DNA of 64,000 bases from Dicyema japonicum (Eukaryota; Animalia; Dicyemida), in contig RDEW01000004.1 in NCBI GenBank assembly GCA_011109175.1, positions 1,903,105 through 1,967,104 on the forward strand, read 5' to 3'. Shown piece after piece: positions 1-13,679 of this stretch. The position numbers and the translations under genes were made by a program. Numbering within the stretch: the stretch's first letter is position 1; the number at the start of each line of letters is the position of its first letter. A model generated the notes under the pieces. That model was not told where the DNA came from. It worked only from the letters and a program-made list of their open reading frames with translations, and ran no database searches.

Positions 1-84
1 TTCGTCAAATTATGTTATATACTCTTTGAATCATAATTTGCATTTTTGTCACATAAAAGCTTTCAATTATAATATTATTTTTTA

Positions 85-400
85 ATAAGTCTGGCCAAGT
101 CCTCATCATAGAGGTTGGCATCACGTTTCAAGACCGTTTGCAGACTGTGGAGGTGTATGGTGGAGGTGAAGACGAGATGGGGCAGATGTTTGGTTGCAAG
201 GTCCTCGTTATTCCTATAGTAATGACGTGGGAAGGAATTGCAACAAAGTACCACAAGGGTTATCTGAAGCAGTTGGGGGTAGATAGGAAGTTCCAGGCCT
301 ATCTACAGTCCACTGTGTTAAAGCAGACCCTAGAGAGCCTGACACTTTATGTTAATTTATTAAAGATTAATATTGATTTGACCTACTTGCTACTAATGAC
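85..400 (+). mobile_element. 3' fragment of an RLE-type (R2/NeSL/R4-like) non-LTR retrotransposon, endonuclease C-terminus
   Basis: Reads VLIIEVGITFQDRLQTVEV...GQMFGCKVLVIPIVMTWEGIATKYHKGYLKQLGV...QAYLQSTVLKQTLESL (includes ORF 138-422). This matches the IEVGIT-Q-L-VE-EK-KY / IP-VMTW-G-TKYH pattern I recall for this RLE domain. Confidence 0.6.
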
Positions 401-429
401 TAAAACTTTGATTTTTTGTTAATAGTTTG

Positions 430-1010
430 CTTCAAACATGGAAATTTAAGTTAAGTAGGTAATGGAGGAAAGTAATATGAAACGGTAGGGCTTACCAACC
501 GACTTCTGCCCCGGCAGTCTCACCAAGCAATCCGTAAACCCAGGGTCATCTCTGAAAAAAAGTACCAGATATGCTCAACCACCATACTTCCAGAGTTCTC
601 TTAATACGACTGATTGAATGTAGCCTACCAATCTTCAACTAGAGCGTCTTTATGTGATTGACTTGGTCAAATGACGTCCAGCGTTAGGATTGTTTTCCCC
701 ACTCAATTGGAGGGGTTCCCACCAACTTTTCTTTTCCGTTTGTTCTGGAAGAAGTTTTATCTGATATTGGAAAGACTTTGCTTCTGCAATTTCAGTTATT
801 TAAATTCTTTTGTTAACAAAGTGGCTACAAAGGCAAAATACTATTGTACTTAGAGTCTCCCTCAGAGATTTGAGTTATAAGTCCACTATTTGAAGTTTTT
901 AGACATGTTAATTGATAAATTAAAATCATTGAATCTTAAAGTCTTAGTTGACAGGCAAGGTTGGAGAAAATCACATTTTATCTTTAATAATAATTAGGGG
1001 TGATAATAAA
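430..1010 (-). mobile_element. possible Penelope-like RT relic, heavily degraded
   Basis: Only weak RT-like wording on the minus strand; no intact motif. Confidence 0.25.
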
Positions 1011-1199
1011 TCGTAAGGTTAAATTTTTTTTTAACTTTATTTTTTTTAATTATTTCAACAAATTATTATTTTAATTATTTCAACAAGTTTTTTTTATTTC
1101 TAAGTCTTCTCTGACTAAAGCAACATTAATTGTTAACGAATTTCCAAGAGAATTTCAATTACATAATAACCATGAGTTATTTTGTAAACTATGCTTAAC

Positions 1200-2720
1200 G
1201 ACAGTGAAGTGCTCAAAAATCACTTTGTTAACCTTCACAGGTCGTCCAAGAAACATAAAATTTCCGTTGGTAAGAGTTTTCGATGATATAGATAGATCGT
1301 TTGACAACATTTAGCCAACAAAAATTAAATGAGTCTGATGCTGGAAACTGGGATTCGTAGGTGACTAAGGCTCTTCTGAAATGTGACATACCGCTTAGCA
1401 AATTATCACTGCCTTTGTTCATTGATCTTTTCAAAAGCAACCAAATTTCCCTTCCTTTGCAATCGCAAGCAAAAAACTGTGCCAAATATATTACAAATGA
1501 ATACATAGCTTCGTTCAGGGGCACATTCAAGTATTTCACCAAATTTTATTTTCTAGAAAACAAAAGATTTTTGCGATAACCGATGAAACTCAAATCCGAA
1601 ACAAACGATATGTCGCTGGGATCAATCAAACTGCCTAAATCAGATATTGGTCTCATTCAAGCCAATTGGTTTTGATGGGATCAATCAAACTGCCTAAAAT
1701 CACATATTTGGTCTCATTCAAGCCAATTGAGTCTGCACCTACAAAATTATTATAGCACAGATTGTTGATTATTCGATTCGAAATAAAATGGTTGAACGGG
1801 ATAATATTATGCTTCTTATTTCTGATACTGTAAAGTATATGACAGCCGGTATTGTTTAATTCATTCATGATTTAGCTGGGAAAATTTAAAAAAATTTATA
1901 ATCTTTCGCGTCGCCCATATTTTGCATAATTGTTCAATGGAGGTCAGAATATCTTATCCAAAAGTAGATGATGTGATAGCTAGCGTACAAGCTTCTATTG
2001 AGGAAGAACCAAAAGCGAAAATTGTTGTTTTCCGAATTTGGAATTCATCCCAAAGTCGTATTGACGAGATGGGGTACCCGGTTGAAGGCTGCATCTTTTT
2101 ATTCAAAAAATTATTCCCAGTGATTAACATTTTTGAGTTAATTGAGGACGAAGGCATTTAGGTAACTTCTACGAAGAATGCGTTGAAAAGTGAAAAAAAT
2201 AGTACAGAGTTATGTGCTATTTCGCATAAGTATTCACATATTCCAGGTTTTTTTATATAGTAATTTATCACATAGAAAAAATATTACAATTTGAACTTCT
2301 ACGAAGAATGCGTTGAAAAGTGAAAAAAATAGTACAGAGTTATGTGCTATTTCGCATAACTATTCACATATTCCAGGTATTTTTATATAGTAATTTATCA
2401 CATAGAAAAAATATTACAATTTGAAAGTAACGAGTGTACAATAGAGTACGCATATTCGACGCTTAGTGCAGTAGATTTTAGAAACAGGGGTCAAACAATA
2501 TTTGGAGTAGAGAATTTTGGAAAGCGACCTAACTAAAATTATTAATATGGATTGTAAAAATGTGTCTCCTGAAGATTATTCGTTCCTTTTAAATTGTCAA
2601 CCATCCTCGAGCATCTGTCGAAAGATGTTTTTCGCAATTCAAGAGTTTTTTGAGGACAAGCAGAAACTTTTGTACACGAAATCTGGAAAATTACGTAATG
2701 TCGATTTTCAATAAATAGTT
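1200..2720 (+). mobile_element. degraded CGGBP1-like/hAT-related DDE transposase
   Basis: Collinear fragments: KALLKCDIPLSKLSLPLF (1361-1579), ITDETQ..KRYV (~1575-1615), RVAHILHNCSMEVRISYPKVDDVIASVQA (~1905-2000) and C-terminal LLNCQPSSSICRKMF (2517-2714). Interrupted by stops and frameshifts; TIRs not found. Confidence 0.55.
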
Positions 2721-5278
2721 TTTAAAACAACATTTTAAAGTTAAATTTTTTCAAATTTTAAGGTTAAAAAATGCTCGCCTTAATTATGACTTTTTTGTCT
2801 TCCTTGCCTCGATTGTCTTTTGGCAACCACCATAATTTGCTTAGTCGCTGAGAATCCCAATGAAAGGTTTCAAATGGATTTGATTCATGAATGTCTAATA
2901 ATTCTTAAAGATTACTAAACGGTTTAATCAGAGTATCACAAGAATCACGTTTAATATGTTTTTAAAAAAATGCGACAAAAAGATGGAAGTTGATAAACCA
3001 TTAGAGTATAACTTTTCAACACAGTCATCATCAAGTTAGCATTCTTTTGATAATATATTCCAAGGAATACATGGATTTAATTCCGTAATGCCTGATGATA
3101 CAGTTGAAATGTAGAAGAGAAATAACGTTTCCATTGGCTGTCTACAGGAAATGAAGATGAGCAACGGAAATATCGATTAATGTGTCTACTTTGTGATTCA
3201 AATCTTTATGGACTCGAATTTGATTTCCATTCAAAATTAGCTCTTGGCATGCTCCGTGTTTGACGTGAGTGACAGGATTGTCATGCACAAATTGTCTTAA
3301 ATATAAAGTTTTTACTTGCAAACTTTACATAACACGTTATAAAAAACAAGAAGTGTGAGTGAATAAAAATTTAGTTGAACGACTTTAGTAGTAGTAAAAA
3401 CAATCCAACTTGTATCATTTGTAGATTTATCTTAACTATGGACTACGGAAACTGGGGGAGTAACAGATTATGCATAGTAGCAACTTATACACGCCACNNN
3501 NNNNNNNNNNNNNNNNNNNNNNNNNNNNNNNNNNNNNNNNNNNNNNNNNNNNNNNNNNNNNNNNNNNNNNNNNNNNNNNNNNNNNNNNNNNNNNNNNNNN
3601 NNNNNNNNNNNNNNNNNNNNNNNNNNNNNNNNNNNNNNNNNNNNNNNNNNNNNNNNNNNNNNNNNNNNNNNNNNNNNNNNNNNNNNNNNNNNNNNNNNNN
3701 NNNNNNNNNNNNNNNNNNNNNNNNNNNNNNNNNNNNNNNNNNNNNNNNNNNNNNNNNNNNNNNNNNNNNNNNNNNNNNNNNNNNNNNNNNNNNNNNNNNN
3801 NNNNNNNNNNNNNNNNNNNNNNNNNNNNNNNNNNNNNNNNNNNNNNNNNNNNNNNNNNNNNNNNNNNNNNNNNNNNNNNNNNNNNNNNNNNNNNNNNNNN
3901 NNNNNNNNNNNNNNNNNNNNNNNNNNNNNNNNNNNNNNNNNNNNNNNNNNNNNNNNNNNNNNNNNNNNNNNNNNNNNNNNNNNNNNNNNNNNNNNNNNNN
4001 NNNNNNNNNNNNNNNNNNNNNNNNNNNNNNNNNNNNNNNNNNNNNNNNNNNNNNNNNNNNNNNNNNNNNNNNNNNNNNNNNNNNNNTTGAAAAGTGAAAA
4101 AAATAGTACAGAGTTATGCGCTATTTCGCATAAGTATTCACATATTCCAGGTTTTTTTATATAGTAATTTATCACATAGAAAAAATATTACAATTTAAAG
4201 TAACGAGTGTACAGTAGAGTACGCATATTCGACGCTTATTGCAATATATTTTGGGAAAGATGAAACAGGGGTCAAACAATATTTGGAGAAGAGAATTTTG
4301 GAAAGCGACCTAACTAAAATTATTAATATGGAATGTAAAAATGTCTCTCCTGAAGATTATTTGTTCCTTCTAAATTGTCAGCCATCCTCGAGTATTTGTC
4401 GAAAGATGTTTTTCGCAATTCAAGAGTTTTTTGAGGACAAACAGAAACTTTTGTACACGAAATCTGGAAAATTACGTAATGTCGATTTTCAATAAATAGT
4501 CTTTAAAACAACATTTTAAAGTTAAATTTTTTCAAATTTTAAGGTTAAAAAATGCTCGCCTTAATTATGACTTTTTTGTCTTCCTTGCCTCGATTGTCTT
4601 TTGGCAACCACCATAATTTGCTTAGTCGCTGAGAATCCCAATGAAAGGTTTCAAATGGATTTGATTCATGAATGTCTAATAATTCTTAAAGATTACTAAA
4701 CGATTTAATCAGAGTATCACAAGAATCACGTTTAATATGTTTTTAAAAAAATGCGACAAAAAGATGGAAGTTGAAAAACCATTAGAGTATAACTTTTCAA
4801 CACAGTCATCATCAAGTTAGCATTCTTTTGATAATATATTCCAAGGAATACATGGATTTAATTCCGTAATGCCTGATGATACAGTTGAAATGTAGAAGAG
4901 AAGTAACGTTTCCATTGGCTGTTTACAGGAGATGAAGATGAGCAACGGAAATCTCGATTAATGTGTCTACTTTGTGATTCAAATCTTTAAGGACTCGGAT
5001 ATGATATCCATTCAAGATTGGCTCTTGGCATACTCCGTGTTTGACGTGAGTGACAGGATTATCATGCAAAAATTGTCTTAAATATAAAGTTTTTACTTGA
5101 AAACTTTACATAACACGTTATAAAAAACAAGAAGTGTGAGTGAATAAAAATTTAGTCGAACGACTTTAGTAGTAGTAAAAACAATCAAACCTATATCATT
5201 TGTAGATTTATCTTAACTATGGACTACGGAAACTGGGGGAGTAATAGATTATGCATAGTAGCAACTTATACACGCCAC
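2313..5278. repeat. ~1.19-kb direct duplication (2313-3497 and 4087-5278) flanking the assembly gap
   Basis: The two copies align end to end with scattered substitutions. Copy 1 ends exactly at the N run and copy 2 starts exactly after it. Confidence 0.9.
3498..4086. other. assembly gap (589 N)
   Basis: Run of n bases. Confidence 1.
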
Positions 5279-5689
5279 GTTGTACAATTTGTTTGTCAAA
5301 ATTATAATTCTATACAACGATGGAATTTGAATCACCTCAAAGAAGTGGAATTGTTGGACTCTCCTCAAGAATCAGTTGAGAAAGGTCATAGAAACAGATT
5401 AGCTGATCAGGATTTCAAGTAAATGGAAAGGTTAATTACTTTATTAATAATCGTTAAACAATTAATCCGAAGGTGTTACGGAAGCCTCTTTGCTTGCATA
5501 GATGTTCCCTTTCTGAATTGCCAACAAGATTCGCTCAAACAGTGATCTTAAGTAGGTGTAGAAGTCTGACTCCCTGGCCGACAAGGAATTCGAGCGTCAA
5601 GGGTACAAGTGAACCGGATGTTGCAACTCGGAGCAGAACGAACAAAACATACCAAATAGGACATAACATTTTGCTCTTTTGAAACAGAG

Positions 5690-6250
5690 TATCTCCAAAA
5701 ATCCACTTGGAAGACTCCCCAGACAACAAACAAGCACTGGGGTGTTGGTTAGATGACACCAGTAGATCTTCAAATGACTTTCTTGAAACCGCATCGTTCA
5801 GACTCTGTTGAGAGTTCTGGGAAGGATAAAAAAACAAGTAAGTACGGCTCCAGAGATTACCTGCATGCACAGTGACTAGAGATGTGCAGAAAGAAAAATG
5901 TCTATAAACCGACGAATTCCCAGATTGCCTAATCTAACCGGTAGTGTGTTTCCATGCAGTTTCTTAAAACTGGAGATTGAAGATACGCTCTACTGTCAAG
6001 CGAAAGATATATGCGATTTAGTCACATTAAGTGAAAGTGGACAGTCCTGAACAAATATGCAATCCTCTGTATGTTAAGGCTACTTTAAAGAGGAATAGTA
6101 AGGTGTGGAGGTCAAGTAAACATAAACGATCTAGAGTTCCCTCAATTAGTCGTTGCTGATCACGTAAAACACTCCCAAAAAGTAAATTAGTCTATTAGAA
6201 ATGCGGCTATAAGCCAATAAGCCTAGATATAATGGAGTCTCGTAGGAAAC
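5690..6250 (-). mobile_element. CRE-like non-LTR retrotransposon fragment (RT C-terminal half)
   Basis: Minus strand gives LSLNVTKSH, LPVRLGNLGIRR..DIFLSAHL and HPSACL, which fit the CRE motifs GL-LN-KcE, LPvr-GGLGiR and P-SGAWL. Confidence 0.5.
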
Positions 6251-7837
6251 TATTCGTGCATATACTGATGGAATTGGCATCTCACTATACATGGAAAATT
6301 ACTAACTCTTCCGGTCGTCCAACAAAACAACTTGAAAAATCAGAAAAAGTTGAAAACCTCTTTATGTCTGAGATTTTCCCATAATTTTCAGTCAAAATAA
6401 ATAAATAAAATTATTTACATTATCCCTATAATTTTTAGTCAAAAATAAAATTATTAAAATAAAATTAAAAAAAATAAATGTGATACTACCACATAAATCT
6501 TTGTAGTGAAGAAAATTGTGTAATAGAAATTATATAAACACAACAACTGTCAGCATATTAATGCAATAAGAACCATGACATGAAGTAAGAGACTGCTACA
6601 ATATTTTTAATTCATTCTGATTTTCAGCCAAGTTCAAACAATTTGTTTGGAACGACTGACGAAAATGTGCAAAAGGAAAACAAAAATGACCGTTAAATGA
6701 AAAAAACTAATTGAGAGCAACATAATAAACGGCGCATAAATATATGGTAGTAAGGTAAATCTTTTTAAAATGGCGGCAAATATAAAAAGTAGTGTGACAG
6801 ATACTAAATATGAATGTTCATCTGAAAAATATACGAGGAGTAAGTGGAACTGATAATTTGATAGAACTAATGAAAATAAGTGAAATTGATAAACATAATT
6901 TACAGTGATGGATAGTTTGGTGTATATTAAGGATAAATATGAATGTAATAAAGTAAAAGATTTGACAGATACTCAGTACAGCTTAATATGCAGTCTTATC
7001 CACATAATGCTAATGGCCCGTTGTATAAAATAAATGCAATGTGCCGGATCCTGTTAACACAAAAGGCCAGTCATCCCAAATGAGTTGTTTAATAGTTGTA
7101 ATACGCTGACAGTATAGGAATAGAAAACCAGAACAATGTTAGATTTTCTAATAATTTCAATAATAATTTTAGCTATTCTTAAGTCTTGCCATTCCCACAG
7201 TCCATATTTCCCCTTGGAATTTTATATATTAATTTAACATGCTAGAACCACCTCAACTCGATTATTCGATAAATATTAATTATTCCTGGAGATGGATGGA
7301 ACTTATCTAGACACAACAAAAGATTTGTTCCAAAGTCTTTTTTATTAATGTTTATGCATACTTTATCACTCACAAAAAATCATAATATTGTGGACCTTTC
7401 GGAGTCGATGACAAATAATTATTTAAAAACGAATTACGTGAATTCTCAATTGGAGTCCAACAATTATCTTTGTCTTCCATTTGCTCTGTACTCAGCATTA
7501 CTTGAATTATCTAAAACTTAATATTTATAAAAATAATTACTGAATTTATTCCAGTTATTCCCAGGATAATGAATGGGGTGATAACATATGCATCAACATT
7601 AATAGGTTAGAGTTGATAAGAGGAACAAATCTTTTTTCAGCTGGAGGATACTTGAACTTATATAAATTTCATTTGAAAATTTCCTGTTTTGACAAATATT
7701 TTTTTGATTTTGTCCATGTGTTAAGAAGTCTTCCAAAGATCTCGACGTGTCTCCAATGACTGAAGTATATGGTTACACATTCACATACTTACTGAGGAAT
7801 AAATTCTTCGATGGAGTAAATGCTTTATTATCTAAAG

Positions 7838-10026
7838 CAGGGGTTCTCAACCTTTTTAGCTCAAGGGCCAAAACGATAATTAAGAGTATCTTTGCGGGCC
7901 GCACAAAAAAATATTTTATTTGATTAAAGAAAAAAGGCTTTATTACGTAATAAGAGAATCAATGTGAGACTTGATTTTGCTTGGCGTCTACTATTTTATC
8001 GAAACGAGGAGTAAAGTTCGAAGACGATGTACGTAAAAGTTGAATTAGGTGTTCATCAGTCAATCGATTTCGATACTTACTTTTTATTCGCGTAAGTTTA
8101 CTGAAAAGAGCTTCACATGCATACGTTGATCCGAAGACTGATGCATTTTTTTGAGCATTATCGACCAAGTTTGGATATTTCCATTGTGGAATTCGACTTT
8201 AAAAATCCAATAGTTCACTTGACTTAAATAGCGCGGTAAGTTGTAAATCTGCCTGCATTTCAATTAGCTCCAAATGATATACATATGGAGCGGTTGCAGC
8301 ATCTGTTTCCATAGGTGACGAAAATATTTTCATAATAGGTAGAGCTTCTTTAAAATCATTAAAACGTGTTTCGAATTCATCGATTAAGTCACTAATAACA
8401 GAGGTATATTTTTCATATGATCCATCTACCCTGTGGTTTGAAAGTATTGGAAAATGAATGGTAACTCTACTTGCAATTTGTATTTTGAAAAGGTGTAGTT
8501 TTTCGATAAATGCAGAAACAAGTCCGTATAATTCATGACATAGTTTGTTCTTACCCTGCAGAGAAGTATTCAAAATCGAAAGGTGTGTAAAAATATCAAC
8601 CATAAATGCTAAATCCGCAATCCACTCCTTATCAGTAAGCTAAAGATAGAATATCTTATTGTCAATAAAATTTATAATCTCCGGGAGAAGGTCATAAAAT
8701 CTAAATGCGATTTATTTAAAATTTATACAACCTTTTCAGACATGCTGCCCGACTCAACCATCGTACGGTTGTATGCATGAGCAAATCTCTATACTCAGCA
8801 TCAACATCCTCGAGAAATTACCTAAAATTGCGGTGATTTAAAGCACGAGAGCGAATAAAATTTACGATTGAAATGACCGTTTCTGTTACATGGTCCATTT
8901 TCATAGATTTTACAGCTAAATTTTCTTGATGTAGTATGCAGTGTTGCCAAATCACAGGACTCAATTCATCATCTACTCGCCATCCAGCTACGAGACCTTG
9001 AAACCCGGTTTTCCATCCAACCATAAAAGGACATCCATCTGTGGCAATTGAAAACATTTTTGAAAGATCCAAATGTGCCTTTTCAAGGCAATCACGAAAT
9101 TCACGGAATATATCAGCTCCTTTAGTAGAAGCATGAAAGTTACGTAGCGTGAGAAAATTTTCATAAATTTTGAAGTCAGGCATGACATCTCGAATAAACA
9201 CAGCCAATTGTTTTGTATCACTAATATCTTTAGTGATGTCAAGAGCAATAGAATAGTGTACGAAAAAGTAGGATTCAGTGAGTAGCTGGCATTGAATATC
9301 GTCAGATATTCTCTCAATTCTCCGAGTAACTGTATCGTTGCTTAGCTGTAAGTTTATAACATTTTTTTTAATTTCTGAAAAACAACATTTTTCAGTAAAT
9401 ATAAGGATAGCTTGCTTAATAAATTCTCCATCTGAATACGGCTTCATATTTTTTGCAAGTAGATGACAAATTTTGAAAAAGCTATTGTAGCGGATCTTGA
9501 TGGCATGGGCTGTTTAAACAAAGTGGTTTGTAGTTTGCGATTTGATTTCATAGATAGAAATTTGATTTTTCTTGATTCACCTCGAAATGAATCATATTCT
9601 GAAGAATGTTTCATATAATGCCTCTCGACATAATATAACTTAAGACATCGAATAACAAAATGACAAATCAGGCAATGTGCTTTGCCATTTTCTTTAAAAA
9701 CGATAAATTGTTCCTCCCATTCGGGGTTAATTGCACGATTTTCTTGAATAATTTTTCTACTTCTTTTAACACGTTTTCCAGACATCACAAGCAATATTAA
9801 TTAAAAGTTAATACAAAAAATATTTAATTTAAAAACAATAGTTAAAATATGTAAAAATTTTTTAACCATAAAAAGTTTATTGTACGAAACAAACAGAAAG
9901 AAAAAGCACAGTTAAAATCCGGCTGTATTATGTAAAATATGTAATATTTTTTTAATAATTTTAAGCGTCCGCACCAAAATCGTGGGGGCCGCATGCGGCC
10001 CGCTGGGGCGCCGTTGAGAATCCCTG
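7838..10026 (-). mobile_element. Buster/SPIN-type hAT transposon (GTF2IRD2-like transposase), near full length, frameshifted
   Basis: 14-bp TIRs CAGGGGTTCTCAAC / GTTGAGAATCCCTG and an 8-bp TSD ATCTAAAG (7830-7837 and 10027-10034). Transposase pieces are ORFs 9444-9794 (CLIC zinc finger), 8818-9447 (ALDITKD, IATDGCPFMVG, HCILHQENL), 8199-8603 and 7959-8168 (FGSTYACEALFS). Confidence 0.95.
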
Positions 10027-11199
10027 ATCTAAAGTCATCGCTGCTAAGACAACTTTTTTTAACAATGCCATCCCCATAAGGAACGATTTAAATCATTTTG
10101 TTAAAATTCCCGAATGGAGTGTTCATTGATTAAATGTATCACGTGGTCCCTTATATGAATCACAGACAAACTCATCTAAGCCTTTAATTTTCTATCAGGA
10201 CAGAAAGAATACAAGGAAATTCGTGACCCCCTAATCATCAGCTCTACTAGTTAACAAGTCACTAAGAACAGCACCAGAAAACAGTCTCAGACACAAAGAA
10301 ACAGAAAGTCTTTTAATACTGACCAGACACGTGGAGTCTTAAAATATTAGCTTTGTAGTAAGAAAGTTATTCTGAGAGAAATACAACAATCGTTTAAGAG
10401 TGAGACTGACTCAACTAGAAATTTATATATTTAAGGACAGAGATTTGTCAACTAAAGTGGTTAAGGTTATAGTTCTATCTATGAGAGCCTTAAAGGGGTT
10501 TATAAGTCCCTCTTATAAAATTTTATTTTTATATGAACAACTCCGAGCTCATCATATCTGCATTCTGTCACGGAGGAATGTATCCTGTTCAATTTGTCAG
10601 TCCTACTTAAGACATATCTGTGATCAAGTTCCTGAAATTATGTCCGGTAGGTGTTCACAAGGTTCAACAGGTGGTGGAGAACAGTTGATGCTTTTTGCGT
10701 AAAAAATCCTCTACCATGTTTTCCAGCACAATATGTCAGATTCAGTCTCTCTATGCATAATGTTTTTGTGGAAAGTTCTGAAAGTTAAAATTCCTTTATC
10801 CACCTTTTCCTCCTCAATCCTCCTTCGAATAAAGCATCAATTTATTTCGTATAGCAAGGATCTTCTCATTAAGGATTTGCGATCCATAACGTCTACACAG
10901 CGTCTCACAGTGGAGCCTATTTCTCTCCACGACCTAATCCTGATATGGAATCACTGTTTTTGTAGTATAAACGCTCTTGGTAAAACGTCACAGAATTCTT
11001 TTAAGAAGTTAATGGTACGGACATTCTTCCCATTCATTCTGCACTCCCATCTTCCTATTCATTCTTTAATAATAAGGAGATTCAGATCGACCCTTGGAAA
11101 ATTAAATTTGAAATCATCTTTTGTAAAATTAAAGGCAAAAAACCCTTAGTAAATGTTTAGGGGTTGTCTTGACCGTCTGCCTCCGTTACTTCAATAGTA

Positions 11200-11760
11200 T
11201 TTTCCACGATAGTATTGAACCCCGGAATCCCTCTATATTTCTGAAACGGACAAACACCTAAAAATAAAAGCAGCAATTTATTTGTGGATGAGTGAGAGAT
11301 TTATTCTTCTAATTTGTTGGCCACCTGAATTCCACGATTATTTTCTAGGTTTCTCGTAAATCAATATTCTTAATAGACGTCTGTAACTGACAACGACCAA
11401 GAAAACTGATCATTTTGATTTTCAAATATACAAAAATAACCTAACCTATAGCTTTAGGATCAATCAGATCAACTAGAAATCTCTAATTAGGTAAATCTGC
11501 AACAATACGACTCAAATCGTCATATTGTTTTAGTGGCACTGCGTAGTGGCAAACATTGTAGTAATTTACCACTTACGAATAATGTATCTTTCAATTCCTC
11601 AAAGTCAACAACTTTGAGATAAAGCTTTCCGTCAATAATAATAAAATTTTCGTTTTTTTAGGCAGTACTTTTTAACTTTAGAAGTATTTACGTTTTGATC
11701 TTCAAGGATTGATTTTAGAAGTCGGTACTCTTCATTATCTTTGACAAAAATCCTGCTATA
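11200..11760 (-). mobile_element. possible rve-integrase relic (KRBA2/Ginger-like)
   Basis: Minus-strand IIDGKLYLK followed by RFLVDLIDP; otherwise decayed. Confidence 0.3.
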
Positions 11761-12949
11761 GGCCATTAGGTCATAATCTTTATATGTAAAAATAAAATAA
11801 AGTTATTGATTAAGTTTTAGTTCGAATGACAGTTATGCTGAAAGCTGTCAAAGTATCATCCTCGGCTCGGTGTCGACTTGGGCTCGCGACTAATGTAAAG
11901 TATTGAAAATTGGCTTTCGAAATTAAAATATTGAATGCATAATAAAACTGAATAATGTACCTGTCAATCAAATCAATGTGGAGAAAAGGCAAAGAATCTG
12001 TCAGAAAAAGAATTTCAGACATTAAACAAAGAAATTGAAGAATTTAAGAAAACGAGCAACTGAGCACATTGGCAGTTTCGGGAGTTCAAATTAGGAAAAT
12101 GGAGATGAAGATGATCTTGGAGAACGATACCAAAACGCCAAACTGAAAATGCAAGTCGAAGGTACAATAAATTACACAGCAAAAAGTCAAATACGAGCTA
12201 GAACTCTCCTTTAGTTAAAAGCACTCCCACGTTTCCCATGAACATGCGAATACATAGGGTTTTGGTTTATCCTCTCCCAACTATCCTTTCTACTAGTTTC
12301 TAACATCCAACTGTATAGTAGACAAACTGAGAGTACGTTAAAGACTAGAAAAGTGTCAACCATTCAACCAAAAGCAATTATAAGATGATACTTTAAGAGA
12401 AAATTCACTAATTTATTATTAATAGCAATGAAGCAGAAAAGTTAACTAATTTGAGATTCCACTTTTGCCATGCATCTCTGGACACGCGCTGTAAGTCATT
12501 TCCATCCTTCCCTGTTTCTCGCATCCGCCCTCAGATCATCCAATAGTGAACAGGGAAGATTGAATGCATGAAGAAGACATCTTGTGCAAGAGACACGCCA
12601 CACCTCAACCAAGATTCACTAATTTAGTGTTACTTTGATTTGACTCACCCTTCAGTTATTTTTGAATAATTATGCAAATTGAATTATCGATATTTTCTAA
12701 CCAAGGCTTACAATAATCAAGTTAGTGATAAAACACTACTATCTAATTATTGATTCGTGGCCCCTTCTTGGAAATCGACCCATGGTGGATCAACTCTAAC
12801 ATTGCTTTGATACCAATAATCACTGTCATCTATTTTGGGATAGCACGTACATAAAGTTAGATAATATTTAAAAACTGGGGCAGACTCAAGAACAGAATTC
12901 ACCACCATTTAATTAAAAGGGGACGAGGCTAATAGGCAATATGGCCTCT

Positions 12950-13560
12950 CAGTAGTCTCCTCATCTTAGTAGATGTTCTTCCCTACTTGTGCATTCTCTG
13001 TATTCTCGTTGCCCAGGTAGAAACTCGCCTGAGATGAACAGTGTGCCAGACATCCTAACTCTAAGGGGTACGATCTTTTACATAATAGTTTCTTGAAAAT
13101 GAATCAGTTATAGAATATTGGTAGGCAATCTTGGCAGCCAGCCTTCTGAAGTCAAACCCGACCGCAACTGGTCGTACACCGCCGTCATTCTAATCGCAGG
13201 GTGTCAAGTTTGAGGAAAGCAAAAAATGGTTGACAACTTAGGGTTCATAAATGAGGTAGTTAAATTCGTGAAACGAAGTCCTGAATCTCATAGAGACAAA
13301 GAAGTTAAGTCTTTCAGATGGTCCGGTCTGATTCCGTTGAGCCCTGCTCTGATACTAGGGCAAAAGTCCGTATTGGGAGGAGTACTTCATCTTTTGATGC
13401 TATCAGGGGACGCACTCCGGCTAAGGGAGAGACTGGGCGTAGGTTGTAAGGCCGTAGGGGATGCTTGCACAACAAATATTGTAGGCGACGAGAGTTGGTT
13501 TAGCGGTCAACTCGGAGAAAGTGCCTTGAAAACTTCGCAGGTTCCAACTTAAATTAACAT
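12950..13560 (-). mobile_element. CRE-like retrotransposon fragment (RT N-terminal region)
   Basis: Minus strand gives GIRPDHLKDL and DGGVRPVAVGFDFRRLAAKI, the RPIAVG-RRL motif of CRE RTs. Confidence 0.7.
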
Positions 13561-13679
13561 GAAACGAACAGTTATCTCGAGACAGAGCACTTCTACTTCC
13601 TTGTTCGGACTATGTGTGGGACAACTGGGGATGTTGGTTCCTCCCATAAAAAAAGCACACAGTCTTGTGTTTTGTTCGT

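Noticed and set aside
3375-4175. Long ORFs of 206-240 aa in the track
   Set aside because: Artefacts of translating through N bases.
2313-5278. 1.19-kb duplication as a biological tandem repeat
   Set aside because: The copies abut the two sides of an N gap, the classic signature of uncollapsed haplotypes or overlapping contig ends.
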